DNA of 58,161 nucleotides from the NCBI RefSeq assembly GCF_004010195.1, contig NC_057718.1:46792878-46851038 (forward strand), given 5' to 3'. The notes below the pieces were generated by a model. The model was given only the letters and a program-made list of their open reading frames with translations. It was not told where the DNA came from and did not search any database. The translations under genes were made by a program, and so were the position numbers. Each line of letters starts with the position of its first letter. The first letter of the stretch is position 1. Source of the DNA: Chiloscyllium plagiosum (lineage: Eukaryota). Shown here in pieces: positions 1-13,699 of this stretch.

Positions 1-655
1 CCCCTTCAACCCACCCTCCCATCCTGGCACCCTCCCCTGCCACCGCAGGAATTGCAAAACCTGCGCCCACACCTCCTCCCTCACCTCTATCCAAGGCCCT
101 AAAGGAGCTTTCCACATCCATCAAAGTTTTACCTGCACATCCACCAATATCATTTATTGTATCCGTTGCTCCTAGTGCGGTCTCCTCTACATTGGGGAGA
201 CTGGATGCCTCCTAGCAGAGCGCTTTAGGGAACATCTCTGGGACAGCCGCACCAATCAACCATACCGCCCTGTGGCCCAACATTTTAACTCCCCCTCGCA
301 CTCTGCTGAAGACATGGAGGTCCTGGGCCTCCCTCACCACCAGACGCCTGGATGAAGAACGCCTCATCTTCCGCCTCTGAACACTTCAACCCCAGGGCAT
401 CAATGTGGACTTCAACAAGTTCCTCATTTCCCCTTACCCCACCTCACTCCAGTTCCAAACTTCCTGCTCAGCACTGTCCCCATGACTTGTCCTACCTGCC
501 TATCTTCTTTTCCACCCTCCTCTCATTTATCTCTTCACTCTTCAGGCTCTCTGCCTGTATTCCTGATGAAGGGCTTTTGCCCGAAATGTCGATTTTACTG
601 CTCCTCAGATGCTGCCTGAACTGCTGTGCTCTTCCAGCACCACTAATCCAGAATA
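1..655 (+). mobile_element. Penelope-like element 3' part (GIY-YIG endonuclease, Neptune-like Cys linker) with hammerhead-bearing terminus; pseudogenised
   Basis: Translates to PCHRRNCKTC...FTCTSTNIIYCIRCS*CGLLYIGETG..LAERFREH...PVAQHFN, with an in-frame stop. The terminus carries CTGATGA...GAAA at 563-590. Confidence 0.85.
563..590 (+). ncRNA. Minimal hammerhead ribozyme motif
   Basis: CTGATGA-A-GGGC-tttt-GCCC-GAAA-TGTC, with a CpG-decayed ACGT palindrome. Confidence 0.7.
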
Positions 656-717
656 TAATTTGCAGCACTTATCCTGACAATGTACTGACAGCATTGCATT
701 GTCATCTGGATTCTATT

Positions 718-1195
718 CATAGAAACATAGAAGATATGAGCATGATTAGGCTACTCAACCCCTCAAGCCTGTTCTGCCATTCCATATAATCATGGCTGAT
801 CACTGAGCTCAATCCCCTAAGCCCACCCAACCTCATATCTCTAGATCCCATTAGCCACAAGAGTTACATCCACCTCCTTCTTGAAAACATAATGTTTGGC
901 CTCAACCACAATCTGTGGTAGTGAAATCCAGAGGTTTACCCCTCTTTGAGTGAAGAAATTTCTCCTCATCTCAGACCTAAAAGGTTTGCCCCTTATCCTT
1001 AAATTATGACCTCATTCTTGGCTCCCCTACGATTAAGAATCTAACCTAAGTCCTGTTAGAATTTAGTAAGTTTCTATAAGATCCACCCTCATTCTTCTAA
1101 ACTCTGGTGAATACAATCCTAACTGACTCAATCTCTCCTTTTATGTCAGTTCTGCCATCCCAGGAATCAATGTGGTAAACCTTCGCTGAATTCCC
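718..1195 (-). mobile_element. CR1-type LINE 3' fragment
   Basis: CATAGAAACATAGAA tail repeat followed by decayed reverse-strand RT C-terminus (RRNFFTQR.V-like). Confidence 0.7.
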
Positions 1196-1474
1196 CTGAA
1201 ATGACCTCTCTAAACCACTCATACTTTTAACCTCCTTCACCTCTTCTAAGATCCTTCTGCAAAATTACTTTACATCAATGCCTCACCTCCAATCCTGCCC
1301 AATCCTGAATCCTTCCAATGTTAAAGGTACTGTGTCATCAAAGTTGCTGTGACAGAGAATCAATTTATTGTTTCCAGAAAATAATTTGCACAATGCAGGT
1401 AACCAGTTTATTAAGTTGTTGACATAGATTACTTGATTGAAGGGAAATTTCATAATTTTCATTGTTAGGTTTCC

Positions 1475-1630
1475 TGGAATTCCCTCCCTAAGGGCATTGT
1501 AGGTCCACTTTCAGTATGGGAACTGCAGCGGTTCAAGAAGGCAGGTTCCCACCACCCTCAAGGGTAACTAGCGACGGGTAATAAATACTGGCCAGGCAGC
1601 GACACCCATACCCCAGAAGTGAATTTAAAA
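1475..1630 (+). mobile_element. LINE/SINE 3' tail fragment (same family lies on the minus strand at about 11910-12580 and 56545-57035)
   Basis: Shared block CTGCAGCGGTTCAAGAAG...AATAAAT.CTGGCC ending in an A-rich tail. Confidence 0.6.
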
Positions 1631-3334
1631 AGTTATTGATAATGTCCAAAAAACCAAGTCTCCATGTTTATTCATCACTAAGTGGAGGACAAAAATAATC
1701 CTTTAAAACAACCCAATTCAGGCCTTAAAGCTTTAGCTATATTTTCTGTATTCCTTCTTGTGGTCAGTGACAAAACTAGACTGAAAATAAAATCTCTGGT
1801 GCAATTGTTCTCAAATTAACCACTGGACTTGTTGAGTCAAGAGACAGAAACAAATGCTATCAGGAGACACGGACGTGATAATACAAGCATGAAATAAATA
1901 CTGGTGTTTTGAAGTTATAAACAAAGCCTTGGAAACAATGGAGTAATTTAAGATTAAACACAGTGTTATAGACAAAAGAACCTTTTCTGAAAAACTGACA
2001 ATAACAGACTTTACAGAAGGAATTTTACTGGAGAAAGCTAAAGGGAGACAGCTTTCTGGGTGGATTCAAATTATGTGTTGGAATTTAGTTTCTGTAACAA
2101 ACATCATTAATTGAAGGAGCAGAGGGGGAGCCCACTTTGTTTCTGCTTGGGAGACCTGACACCATTTAAGCAAAATCAGGACAGCATCGGGCCTCCCCTT
2201 GACCAAGGCCAGGCTAGGGCAGAAATCTGGTCAGCCAGCCATTGCCAGCAGCACCATAGAGAGTGGTGGCTGCTGCTGATAATCTTCAGTGGCCTTCACA
2301 TGGCACTATCGCTGGATCCTGAGAGAGACACATAAGTGGGGTGGGTTTGGGGCACTGGGGAGGATACACCTGGCAAGAGGGAGGGCAAAGGGGTCAGATG
2401 TAAGGGCAAGGAGTGGCTTTCAGCAACCATTGTATTCCCTGACCCAGGCCCCTCAGTTGGGCATGTCGGCTTTCAGGAGGTTAGGGAGACTCATGCAAAT
2501 TCCTTATATCCACATCTCTCTCTCTTACACACACACGTGGTCACTCACTCAGTCTCTGACACTGGGAATGGCAGGTACTTCTGCCTGATTCCCACGGTCC
2601 TCCTGCCAAAATGCAGCTCCGCCAGGCACGACTAAATCTCACTTATTGTTTGAAACAAGAGTGCAGAATGCAGTCGGGTATTGTACTTGTAAAAGAAGGT
2701 TACTGTGGTCTGACTATGTAGTAAACTGGCCCTGAGATCTGAAAAAGGGTTAGAGAAAGAAACATGGTGGAGATTTTGGCTGTATCATGGAGTTAGCAGC
2801 ACTGCAGTCCAGGGAAGGAGACCCCAGAGAATTGTTTGGCCATCTTATAGAGAAGGAACCCAATTGATCGATGGTGTTAATAATTATCGTCATAATGTAC
2901 TCGAGCTCAACACTGGTAAAGCATTTACTTGCTGGGAAGAAATAACAAAGCTGCTACTGTTTCTTAATGATTACTTTCTTTCTCCTTCTCATGTTTTAAA
3001 ACTGTAACTATTTCCTGTCATAGTTTCAAACCAACCATAATCCCGTTAAGTACAACAACTTTTTGTGTGAGTCATCAATTTGTTTTCTTGTAATTTGCAA
3101 GTGAACTATAAATTTGATTGAGTGTTTTCAATCCTTATTGAGAAACTGCTCCAAGTGGAACAGTACAATTACTGACAATGAGACATTCATATGATTACCA
3201 TACAGAAGGTCACATTCTTTCACATGGTATTCAATGCTAACCATATGATTCTACAGCAGAGTAGCTTAATTGCCACTTCTGAGAATTTGATGACAGTACC
3301 CTTCTTGTCCTCCTCTATGGTGACATAAGTAGTG

Positions 3335-3649
3335 GGACTGGGACAACACATCTATCCTGGGACAGGCTAAGCAAAGACATGCCAGAGAATTCCTAGAGGC
3401 CTGGCACTCCAACCATGCCATAAACAAACACATAGATCTAGATGCCATCTATCAACCCCTCAGAAAATGAACAGGAAATGACATCACTACAAACCCCAAG
3501 AACCCCATCCAGGAGAAAGATATAAATAGAAAGCAGGAGACAACAACTTCACTTCACTTGGAGGTCGCCACTGATGATGTTACCTAGCCAGGTAATGAAA
3601 CGTCTGGATATCAAACCTACAGCTCAGCGAGCAAACCTATACCCTAAAT
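3335..3649 (+). mobile_element. 5'-truncated Penelope-like element (second family, Poseidon-like C-terminus) with 10-bp TSD
   Basis: Encodes DWDNTSILGQAKQRHAREFLEAWHS..AINKHIDLDAIYQPL. Flanked by ATAAGTAGTG at 3325-3334 and 3650-3659. Confidence 0.8.
3571..3604 (+). ncRNA. Hammerhead ribozyme motif, intact core
   Basis: cca-CTGATGA-T-GTTACCT-agcc-AGGTAAT-GAAA-CGTC-tgg: 7-bp stem II, GUC cleavage triplet and cca/tgg stem I. Confidence 0.8.
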
Positions 3650-3929
3650 ATAAGTAGTGTTCAGTTCAAAAAGGTTACTCTGTAGCATTGTTTGCAAGAG
3701 TAGATAATTATACACTGTAAATACGATTGCACAAGATAAAGTTAGTTCCAGGAACCGATAAATGTAGGACAGTAATGTATTATTGGACTGTAAAAACTTG
3801 GTAGCATAAAGTTTGAGTGCACCTCCACATCCAATAGGCTCACAAATATATCTTATCATAGGAGAAGGGAAGAGACATACTCAGAGCCAGGACTTAGGTG
3901 CAGGTGAGAAACATTCGACAGGGAAGAAA

Positions 3930-4372
3930 AATGTTGCTTATATGGCACTTTTCATTACCTTAAACTGTCCCAAATGTGTTTTGCAGCTTATGGGAAATTC
4001 TATAAAGTAGTCAGTGTTGTAATATAGGAAACATGGCAGCCAATTTGCACATAGCACAGTCTCAGAAACAGAATTGCAATAATGATCAAGTAATTTGTTT
4101 TAGTAATACCAATTCAAGAATTGACTAGATCATCGGGGAGAGCTCTCTAAAGCTTTTCTTCCAAATAGTGTCGTGGGATCTTTAATGTCCAGCTGAGGGC
4201 AGACAGTGCTTCAGTTTCAACACCTTATCCGAAAGACAGCAGTGTGTCAGACTCTCTCAGTAATATGCTGAAAGATCAGTGTAAAACTTTCTGCTGAGGT
4301 TTTTGGAGTGAGAATGAGATCACACAGCCTTCTGGCTCTGAGGTCAGAGTGCTACCATGGAGCCACAGTCAA
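3930..4372 (-). mobile_element. Deu-domain tRNA-derived SINE (SacSINE1/AmnSINE-related)
   Basis: The minus strand has a tRNA-like head, then GCTGTCTTTCGGATAAGGTGTTGAAACTGA...GGACATTAAAGATCCCACGACACTATTTGGAAGAA, resembling the Deu domain. Confidence 0.7.
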
Positions 4373-5547
4373 CATTAGGAGAAAGGGTTGGGAAATTGCT
4401 CGGGGAGCTAGCCAAGCTATTCAAGAGCAGAACAGACTGAAACTGTTCGTCCTGACTCCCTTGGAATGGTCTCTGGCATTTGGCAACACAAACTTTTGAA
4501 AACAACGATTTAACTTTTTGGTCTTTACTCGTTCCAAAATTTTTGTGTCATAACAAACTCTCATACAATACTTGAACCTTTCATTTTCATTTTTTGAAAA
4601 GCCTGTTTTGCATATTAATTTAATGGTTTTCAGAATATTTGAGGACACTGAGTAACCTCTAATTTTCAAGGTAGTGGTTTAGAACAAGGAGTTGGGATGA
4701 AAACCGTTACAAAGTGGTGATTTAAGAACACTGTGGGAGCCTTGGGTTTGTCATTCCTCAAAAGGAAGCTATAATTTTGAAGTTATAAATACCAACCTCT
4801 CTTCATAAAAGGGGTTGAAAATTTCCTTTGAAGGTTTAAAAGGAGCTGTATGTATGTCAGCCTAATTGAAGATTGTGTAGTGATCACAAAGAATGTCTGT
4901 GTCAGTTTGCCCTCCTCTAGCCTCTACCACATTATCTGAACTGTGCTAATCAATTGCAAACAACTTTATCGAAAATAGGTTTGTTTCTCACAAACAAACA
5001 AGCGCCTTGTGTTTGTGTGATTGGTTGCTGCCTAATTCTCTTATAATGCAGATATAACAGGACTTCCCAATGTGGGAGTCAAGATCCCAGGTGGGCCATA
5101 AGCTGAAGTGTTTGGGCCCCACGCTCGAAGGCAGCAATTGGCCACTACGATCTCCGAAAGAGTTATAACAGCTGTGCTCCACTCGAACAGTAACACCTTC
5201 CCAATTCTCAAGAGAGATCGCAGCAATTTTCAAGCCTCAAAACAGGGTCACACTAGGAAACAGATTGGGAAACATCAAGATAACATCTTAGAAGCAGTTT
5301 GTTAGAAGCATCTATGTGTAGCAAGATTGATGGAGATGTTCACTTTTGGCTCTTAATAAGCACAAAGTCACCAATCAGCAAATCAAAAGATCTGAAATAT
5401 TTTCACATGCAGACTGCATAATTCTAGACACCGTAGTCACTAAATAAGCAATCTTCTACAGTTCAGCAGTTCTGGATGGTGGAAAATTGGCCAGTTTTTT
5501 TTAACAGTGTGTGGATGATGATATAACTATGATATGAACATTCATTA

Positions 5548-5680
5548 GGAGATAGTGAGAACTGCAGATGCTGGAGAAGTCAGAGTCGATAAAGTGTTGT
5601 GCTGGAAAAACCACTGCAGGTCAGACAGCATCTGAAGAGCAAGATAGTCAATGTTTCGGGCTTAACCCTTCATCAGTCCT
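5548..5680 (-). mobile_element. Short Penelope-terminus insertion with degenerate hammerhead (5650-5676)
   Basis: The minus strand reads CTGATGA-A-GGGT-taa-GCCC-GAAA-CATT, followed by the GATGCTGTCTGACCTGC...TCCAGCATCTGCAG block shared with other copies. Confidence 0.7.
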
Positions 5681-6402
5681 GACCTGATATAGAAAGTCAT
5701 TTGTCTGAGAAGGGAGATGTGAGTCTGTACAAGTGGAGGTGTACTTAGCAGAAAATGTAGAATGTGCCATAAATAAAAGTGTTTTGATTAAACAACTGGG
5801 GTTGGACCTTGGTCACTCGTGGATAGGGAAAACTTGCCATGATCCAGAACATGCCACAATGAGGGACCCAAATATTATCCAAAGTGGAACCAAATCATAA
5901 AGGATGGTAGCAGCAGTGATGACACTAATCCAACAACAAATTGGGGCCACCAACAGAAACCCATGGCAAGAAACTGAAAATCTTCTTTAAAGATCAGAAA
6001 CCATACCTAGGTGAGAGGTATATAGCACCAGAGGAGTCTCTGCTTCTTGTAATATTGTTGGAAAACCCAAAGGTCCACAGAGAGGCCCATATTAGGAGTT
6101 GTGTTAAAAGCAATTCCAAAGGTATCAAACAGCATCTGGTTTGTACACTCAAGAGCAGATACACAAGCATGGTATATTCCTGTATGCGGTGGGATCCATT
6201 GTTGGTGGTATGTTTATGAGACAGGAGGGATTTCTCTGCAGATTTTCAAGCAATCCTAAAAGCATTCGATGAAGGACACAATTTGTGATCTCCTCAAGGG
6301 CTCCCAGAGAGTTACTTTTTGGTTTTCAGGGGCTCCCTTTGTATTCTCACCAATTTCTTTATGAGGTGATGCAGTCACATAATAACATAACATTCTGTAT
6401 TT

Positions 6403-7136
6403 TGTTATGGACCAGACCAGACCAGAACCGCTCAAAATATAGCTAGCCTAAATCCTAGCTTTTTCTTACTTTAAAGGTATATATGAGGTGTTGTGTTTCA
6501 GATGCAATTTGATTGGTCAAACTACTTGACATTAAGCAAATGTTGAGAGTGTGGTGCTGGAAAAGCACAGCAGGTCAGGCAGCATCCAAGGAGCAGGAAA
6601 ATCAACATTTTGGGCCGGAGCCCTTCATCCAATGTTAAGCAAAAGACAATTTATTCAAACACTATATTTAAAATACAACAAAAGAAAGGGGAACTTAGAA
6701 TAATCTAACTCGATTGGAAAACTTAACAGAATAATCGATATAGTAACTATTATGAATTAACTGTTCCAATATAGTAACATCCCATAAATACACCCTTGGT
6801 AAAAAGGCAAATTCAGAAAACAGATTGTTTCATGTGCTACTCCCATAGCAGAGAACCCCCAGCTTTTGGCTGTAACTGAGGGAGGGACAAAAAATAGCTT
6901 CCACCTCTTCAAGACCCCAACAGCAATTGCTAAAAGCTAAACTTAAAATCTCTGGTTCTGTGGGTGAGAACTTGACCACACCCATTCAGGCTGCTTCTAT
7001 TGTTCCAGCTTTTGAAAAAACACCCAAGTCTTCACAAGTTGTTTATTTTCTTGTAGACTGCTCATCTCCTGTTCCCAATCTCTTTCTAAAAGAAACAGGC
7101 CAAATATATATCTCTTAAAGCCACAGGATTGTCACA
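6403..7136 (-). mobile_element. Solo LTR with 4-bp TSD; contains a nested short Penelope-terminus copy at about 6543-6630
   Basis: Starts TGTTA and ends TCACA. ATTT lies on both sides (6399-6402, 7137-7140). The terminus CTGGTCCATAACA is shared with 22686-23342. Confidence 0.75.
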
Positions 7137-8024
7137 ATTTGTGTTGTCAGGGGGTATCAGGACTCTCATAGAAGGAGAATTAGAAAAATAGAGCAATATC
7201 TTTAGTAATATCAACTCCATTAATCCTAAAGCCACAAAGAAAATATTAATTCCCTAGTTACCACAGTATCTAAATTGATACGAGAAAAGAAACAAAAGTT
7301 AGCATAATTTTTTTTTCCTAAATTTAACTGTCACATACTTCTACACACGAAAAACCATCACACCAATCATGCCTTCCACAGACTAGTCACATCATGGCTA
7401 ATGCATTGCCACCCCAACATACAAAGCTGATATTTTAATTAGACAATTATCATCCTTTTTACTCTATCCTTGATTTTGAACTTTATTAAAATTTAAATTT
7501 AACAACTGACATAGCATTAATTGCAATAGCATCCACTATAGTATTCCCTGCAGGGTAGCTCCTGATCATATGTAGTATTAAGCAAGAGAAACCAAATTTA
7601 TTTGCAAATAATTCACCACCTCAGCGATTTCTGGTTTTCCTAGCTCCTAGTTAGCTGAGTGTTCCTTTATTGGCAGATTTGAAACAGTTCTCTCAACTTT
7701 TCCTCTCCCACCATGTTGCAGCCTTTTCCTCTCACTCAGCTCGTTGCAAGCTTCATATATATCTCTGATCCCTTTGCTGCCTTTTCATATATCCTGTTGT
7801 CCCCTTAATAACCTTCTTTAATAAATTTATAAGCCTCTATGAGATTGCTTTTTATTCTTCTAAACGAGAGAAAAAACAGAAAATCTCTCATCACAGGAAA
7901 AAACCTACCAGGAATCTGATTTGATGAAGAGGACTCAAAAGGTTAACTCTGCTTTCTTCCCACAGATGCTGCCAGACCTGCTGAGTTTCTCCAGCAATTT
8001 CTGTTTTTTTCTACCTGAAAACAG

Positions 8025-9410
8025 CCTGGTGAACCTCCACTGCAGACCCTCCATTGCAAGTATACCCTTCCTTATGGCAAGGGGACTAGAACTGCACATA
8101 ATACTCCAGATGTGGTCTCACTATTGCTCTATACAATTGATGCAAGGCTTATTTGCTCCTGTACTCAAATCCTCTTGTGACAAAGGCAGACACACAATAC
8201 AATATAATAGCTTTCAGTGATTTATGTATAAGGACACCTCAGTCCCTTTGGACATCAACACTTTCTGATCTCTCACAATTTAGGAACTACTTTGCACCTT
8301 TCTAGCTCCTGATATGATTTGAATTGTTTTGATTTATTGTCGCAAGTATCGAGATACAGTGAAAAGTTTTGTTTTGTGTGCTCTACAGGCTGATTGGACA
8401 TATAAAATGCATCAGATAGCAGAACAGAATGCAGAATATGGTGTTAAAGCCACAGAGAAGACACAGAGAGATAGATCAACATTTACATTGGAGAGGTCTG
8501 TTCAAAAGTCTAATAACTGTGGGGAACAAGCTGTTCTTGAATCTGTTGGTATGTGTATTCAAACCATTACATCTGCCTGACGGAAGAGGGTGGGAGAAAG
8601 TGTAACTGGGGTGGAAAAGATCTTTGATTATGTTGGTTGCTTTCCTGAGGCAGTGGGAAGTATAGTTGGAGTCAATGGATGGAAGGCTAGGATGGACTAG
8701 GCTGCGTTCACGACTCTCTGCAGTTTCTTGCAGTCTTGGAACGAGCAGTTGCTGAACCAAGCTGTGATGCATCAGGATGCTTTCTATAGTGCATCTATAA
8801 AAATTGGTAAGAGTCTTTGTGGACATGCTGAATTTCCTCAGCCTCCTGAAGAAGCAGAGATGTTGTTGTGCTTTCTCTACTGTCGTATCAACGTGGGTTG
8901 ACCAGGAAAGACTGGTGATCAACACTCCCAGGCACTTGATGCTTATGACCATCTCCACCTCAGTCTCACAGTTACCTACATTATACTTCAGCTTTTGCAC
9001 TCTTGTCCACTCATTTAATCTGTCTAAATCCCCTTCAAGTCTCCTTGCATTCTCCTCACAACTCACATTCCACTTTTTTTAGTATCATCTGCAAATATGG
9101 AAATATTACAAATGGCTTCCACATTCAAATCATTGATATCAATTGTAAACAGCTTAGGCCAAGCACTGGTCATTACAGTATGCCACTGGTCACTGCTTGC
9201 CAACTTGCGAAGGACCCATCTATTCCTACTTTCTCCTCACTACTAGTTGATCAATTCTTAATCTATGATAGCAAATTATTCCCAGTCCCATTCATTTTAA
9301 TTTTGTTTACTAACCTCCTCTTTGGGACTTTATCAAAACCCCCTGTGAAAATCCCAGTACCTCACATCCATTGGTTTCCCCTTACTGATTCTGTTAGTGA
9401 CATCCTCAAT
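8025..9410 (-). mobile_element. Old CR1-type LINE fragment interrupted by a Rex1/Babar fragment
   Basis: RLEGDLDRLNEW in ORF 8476-9066. A FADD-like region lies near 9085-9095. Confidence 0.65.
8318..8962 (-). mobile_element. Rex1/Babar-clade LINE 3' fragment
   Basis: LGV.I..LSWSTHV...KAQQHLCFFRRLRKF...LTNFYRCTIESIL...PLPSGR...TNRFKNSLFP. Homologous to 53966-55365. Confidence 0.75.
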
Positions 9411-9509
9411 GCCATACTGTTAAGGGCTTGGATGGGGAGGAATTTGTTAAATTGTGCCTACTGCTATTTGTCATTTATAGAAATGATGAGAATGAGAATT
9501 AAGGAGGCA

Positions 9510-10405
9510 AATTAGTAAGTTTGTGGATGATACCAAAATTGGTGGTATAGTAAAAAATGAAGGAGGTTATCTAAGATTGCAAAGAGATCTTGATCAATTG
9601 GGCCAATGGGCTGAGGAGTGGCAGATGGAGTTGGATAAACATAAGGAATTGCATTTTGGTAAAACAAACAAGGGCAGGACTCATACAATTAATGGTGCAG
9701 CCCTGGGTAAAGTTGTCAAACAGAGACCGAGAGATGCAGGTACACAGTTCTTTGAAAGTTTCATCACAGGTAAACAGGGTGATTAACAAGGCATTTAGCA
9801 TGCTTGCTTTCATTGCTCAAACCATTCAGTATCGGAATTGGGATATTATGTTGAGATTATACAGGATGTTGGTGAGGCCATTTTTGGAATACTGTGTACA
9901 GTTCTGGTCATCCCGCTATAGGAAGGACATTATTAAATTGGAGAGGGTTCGGAAAAGGGTGTTGCCGTGACTGGGAAGTTTGAGTTGTAAGGAGAGGCTG
10001 GATAAGCTGGGACCTTTTTCACTGGAGCATGTGAGGTTGACGGGTGACATTATAGAAGTTTAGAAAATCATGAGGGGCACAGATAAGGTCTTTCCCCCAG
10101 GGAAGGGGAGTTCAAAACTAGAGGATCTATTTTTAAGATGAGAAGAGAAAGATTTAAAAGGGACCTGAGGGGCAACATTTTCACGCAGAGAGTGGTTCGC
10201 ATGTGGAATGAACTGCCAGAGGAAGTGGTAGATGCACATGCAGTTACAAAATTTAGAAAACATTTAGGTAAGTACATGAATAGGAAAGATATAGAGGGAT
10301 ATGGGCTAAATGCAGGCAAGTGGGACTAGGTTAGTATGGGAAACTTGATTGGCATGAACAAGTTGGACTGAAGGGTCTGTTATCCTGCTATATGACTCTA
10401 TGATT
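9510..10405 (+). mobile_element. CR1/HER1 LINE 3' fragment
   Basis: KFVDDTKIGG, LVRPFLEYCVQFWS and DLRGNIFTQRVVRMWNELP motifs with frameshifts, ending in a TATGACTCTATGA tail. Confidence 0.85.
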
Positions 10406-10469
10406 ATAATGGTTCACCATTGTGCAAATCATTATCTTTTAAGATGGAATCTATACTCCAGTGGGGGTT

Positions 10470-10857
10470 TGAAGAATAATAGGTGATCTATTGGAACGCA
10501 TTATCTTCAGAGGGGATTTAAAAGGGTAGATGCTGAGACAATGTTTCCCCTTGTGAGGAAATCTATGTCTTGGGGGTACAGTTTCAAACAAAGAGGTTGC
10601 TGTTCAAGATGGAGATGAGGAGGAATTTCTCCTCTCAGATGGTCAAAAGTGTTTGGAATTCACTTTGTCAGCAAGCAATGGAGATAGGGTTCATGAATGT
10701 AATCAAGGCTGAGTTAGACAGATATTTGATGGACAAAGGAGCCATGAGGTGGAGGCAAGATAGAGGGGTTAAGATCTCAAGCAGGTCCATGACAATTGAA
10801 TGATGGAGCAAGCTCAAGCAGTCAAAAAACCTATTCCTGCTCCTATTTCTTACATTC
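10470..10857 (+). mobile_element. CR1-type LINE 3' fragment
   Basis: FKMEMRRNFSSQMV.SVWNSL...KAELDRYL followed by the conserved 3' UTR. Confidence 0.7.
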
Positions 10858-11907
10858 TTAAGCTGCTAATCATCTCTATCAAAACCAATTGTGATTCAAA
10901 AGCTTGGCCAATGTGTCTGTCATAAAGATTAGCACAAAATTGAAAGTGAAAATGGCACAATCCATGCTACTTATTTTAATGATTATCCATAACCTACTCT
11001 GCATATAGCTTCACAGCTGGAGACAAGAATACTTCATATTCCCTTTGAGCTAAGAAAGGCTTCTCATCAGATGCCATTTTTAAACCAAGTGCTTATAGTA
11101 TTGTACCACCAGCTGCATTTCAGTAAAAAGTGAATTTAAATTAAATTTCTTTCTTTGTACTGTCCCACCTTCCACATCTAACAATATATCACATAATCTG
11201 GGTTCCAAGCATGCAAAGATACTTGTTCTCCAAGAGGAAAAATAAGCTGAATTTCAGCAGCTAAAATAATGTTTTGAAATTCTGTTCATAAAAAGAACTT
11301 CCTGAGGGCTATGACTACCAAATACTGAAACTGAACATTCCATCTGAGCAACCTGTTAGATTCACTAATATTCCTTTCAGATGCAGTTTGTGCCCACAAT
11401 GAGGATGGATATAAGCTCCAATTAGTACTGATTAAACAACAAACTATCCTTTGTTAGCCTCTTGCATTTGGAATCCTGCAGCAACTGAATCTGGGGTGTA
11501 CTTAACGTGAGAATTTCACGTACATGCAATCATGTCTGTATTCTTCCAAACTGTTCAAAATTTAAGTGCATTCAGCTGTCAATTTGACTATATTCAGAAA
11601 TTCAAGCTGCTAATTCTTGCCAGGACCCTTAACACGCTTCTTACACTTCCTGTGCAGATGGGTTGAACAAAGACTTTGGGAAATTAAATTTGAGAACCCT
11701 CCAAAATGGGCAATGTGAATACCCTCTGCCCATTAATTACACTGTCGGCAGGATTCCAGTTGTATTGCCTGCTCACTTCAGTGGTTCCAGTGTCCAATTA
11801 ATGCTAACTGCAATGCAAATCAGTCAGGTGCATCAGCAGACAGCAAAAACTATGATTGACTATAACATTGCTCAAAGATAGCCTGCATTGCTTAAAACTG
11901 GCCTGTA

Positions 11908-12580
11908 TTTTTTTAAATTTGTTCTTGGAATGCCAGTGTCATTGGCTAGGCCAGCATTTATTGCCCGCCCTCTGACTGCCATTGAGAACATGCTGGTGAG
12001 CATCCTTCTTGAACCACTGCAGACCTTCAGGTGTAAGAACACCTGCTTGGGAGGATGGTAGAGGCATGAAACCTCACAACCTTTAAAAAGTATGTGGATG
12101 GGCACCTGAAATGTTAAAACATTCAAGGCTTTGGATCATGTGTTAGAAAATGCAATTGGTATCGATAGGTCAGAGCAGATTTGACGGGCCGCAAGGCCTC
12201 CTCTATGCTGTATGGCTCAGTGACCCCGTATGACTATGGCTGTTAGGAAGAGAAGTCCAGGAATTTGACCCAGCGACAGTGAAGGAACAGCAATATACTT
12301 CCAAATCAGGATGATGAGTGGCTTTCCCATGTAACTGCTGCACTTATGCTTCCAGGTTATAGATTGTTTAGAAGGTACTTTTGAAGGAGGATTGATGAGC
12401 TAATGTAGTGTGCTTTCTTTATGGGACACGCTGCTGCCACTGTGCATTGGTGGTAAAGGAAGTGAATTTTAAAGATGGTGGATGCAGTGCTACTTAAGCA
12501 GGATGCTTTGTTCTGACTGGTGTTAAACTTCCTGAGTGTTTTTGGGGAGCTGCATCCAATTCAGGGAAGTGGATTGTCAA
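11908..12580 (-). mobile_element. LINE/SINE tail family element with a plus-strand CR1 3' end nested at about 12045-12240
   Basis: Reverse complement of the 1475-1630 block, interrupted by a fragment ending in a TATGACTATG tail. Confidence 0.55.
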
Positions 12581-13699
12581 GGGAAATCACTTCTCCCTTA
12601 CCGACTGAAATCAGCTCTTGTTAGGGCCAAGGTTGTATTGAGGTTAAAACCACGAACAACTATCATACACAGCAATTCATGAACATCTGCTATGGATTCT
12701 CCTAACCAGTCCCTCAGCTTCCTTACAAAACTGATTGCGCTTCTCAATATTCTTTCAATAGTAGGAACTCAATTAACAAGGGTGCCCATTATTAAATGTA
12801 AGCAAATGGTGAGGATGTTCAGCTTAGTACTAGAACAGTCACATGACCAGAGTAGCAGGTAACTTCATTCTGTAGCAAGGATTCAATGTTAAGCAAAGGC
12901 CCACAATATTTTCATTATGGGAACATAATTAAGATTTGGACAGTAAATGTAATTCATTAGAGTTTTTAAAATTTGTCCGGAAAAGGAGAAGTGCACATAA
13001 AAATTGAATCCAACGCCATAAAACAAATCTTTCCTTTTTTTAAGCACTCTTCATATAAGTATAAAATAAAGAAGATTTCTGGCACTAAAGAAGGCCAGTC
13101 AGCCCAACGTGCCTGGACTAGCCAGAGAGTTGTCCAGTCTAAATTCCCACTTAGACCATAACACCATAAGAAATAGGAATAGAAGTAGGCCATTTGACCC
13201 CTCAAGCCTGTTCCAATATTCAATAGGATCATGCCCGATCTGGCAGTCAGCCTTAAATATACACAACAACTCTATCCCCACAGCTTCTTCATTTGTAGTC
13301 CTGTAGGTTATGCCATTGCAAGTCAAAATCTATTATTTTTAAAAGATACAATGAGCGGTTGTGCATCTACCAAATCAGTGAGTTCCAAAATACCCCATTA
13401 CTCTCTGGTTGAAAGAAATTCTCCTCGACTCGCCTTTAGCTCAATTATTTCAAATCAATGCTCCTCGGTTATTTATCTCTCTGATTATGGAAATATATTT
13501 TCCCCATCCACCTGATAATTTTATATATGCTGACTAAACCTCTTCCCTCAGCTTTTTATGCACTGCAGAAAGCATCCCCAGCTTGTACAATTGTTCTCCA
13601 TTTTCAGGATTAGAGGCTTTTAGCAATGTCCTTGTAAATCTCTTCTACACCGTCTCAGTCACATCCTTCCTGTACTGTAGTAACCACAAATGCACAAAG

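Noticed and set aside
7905..8010. Further hammerhead-like termini (also about 44025-44126 on the minus strand)
   Set aside because: Probably related repeats, but the cores are too decayed to count as ribozyme motifs.
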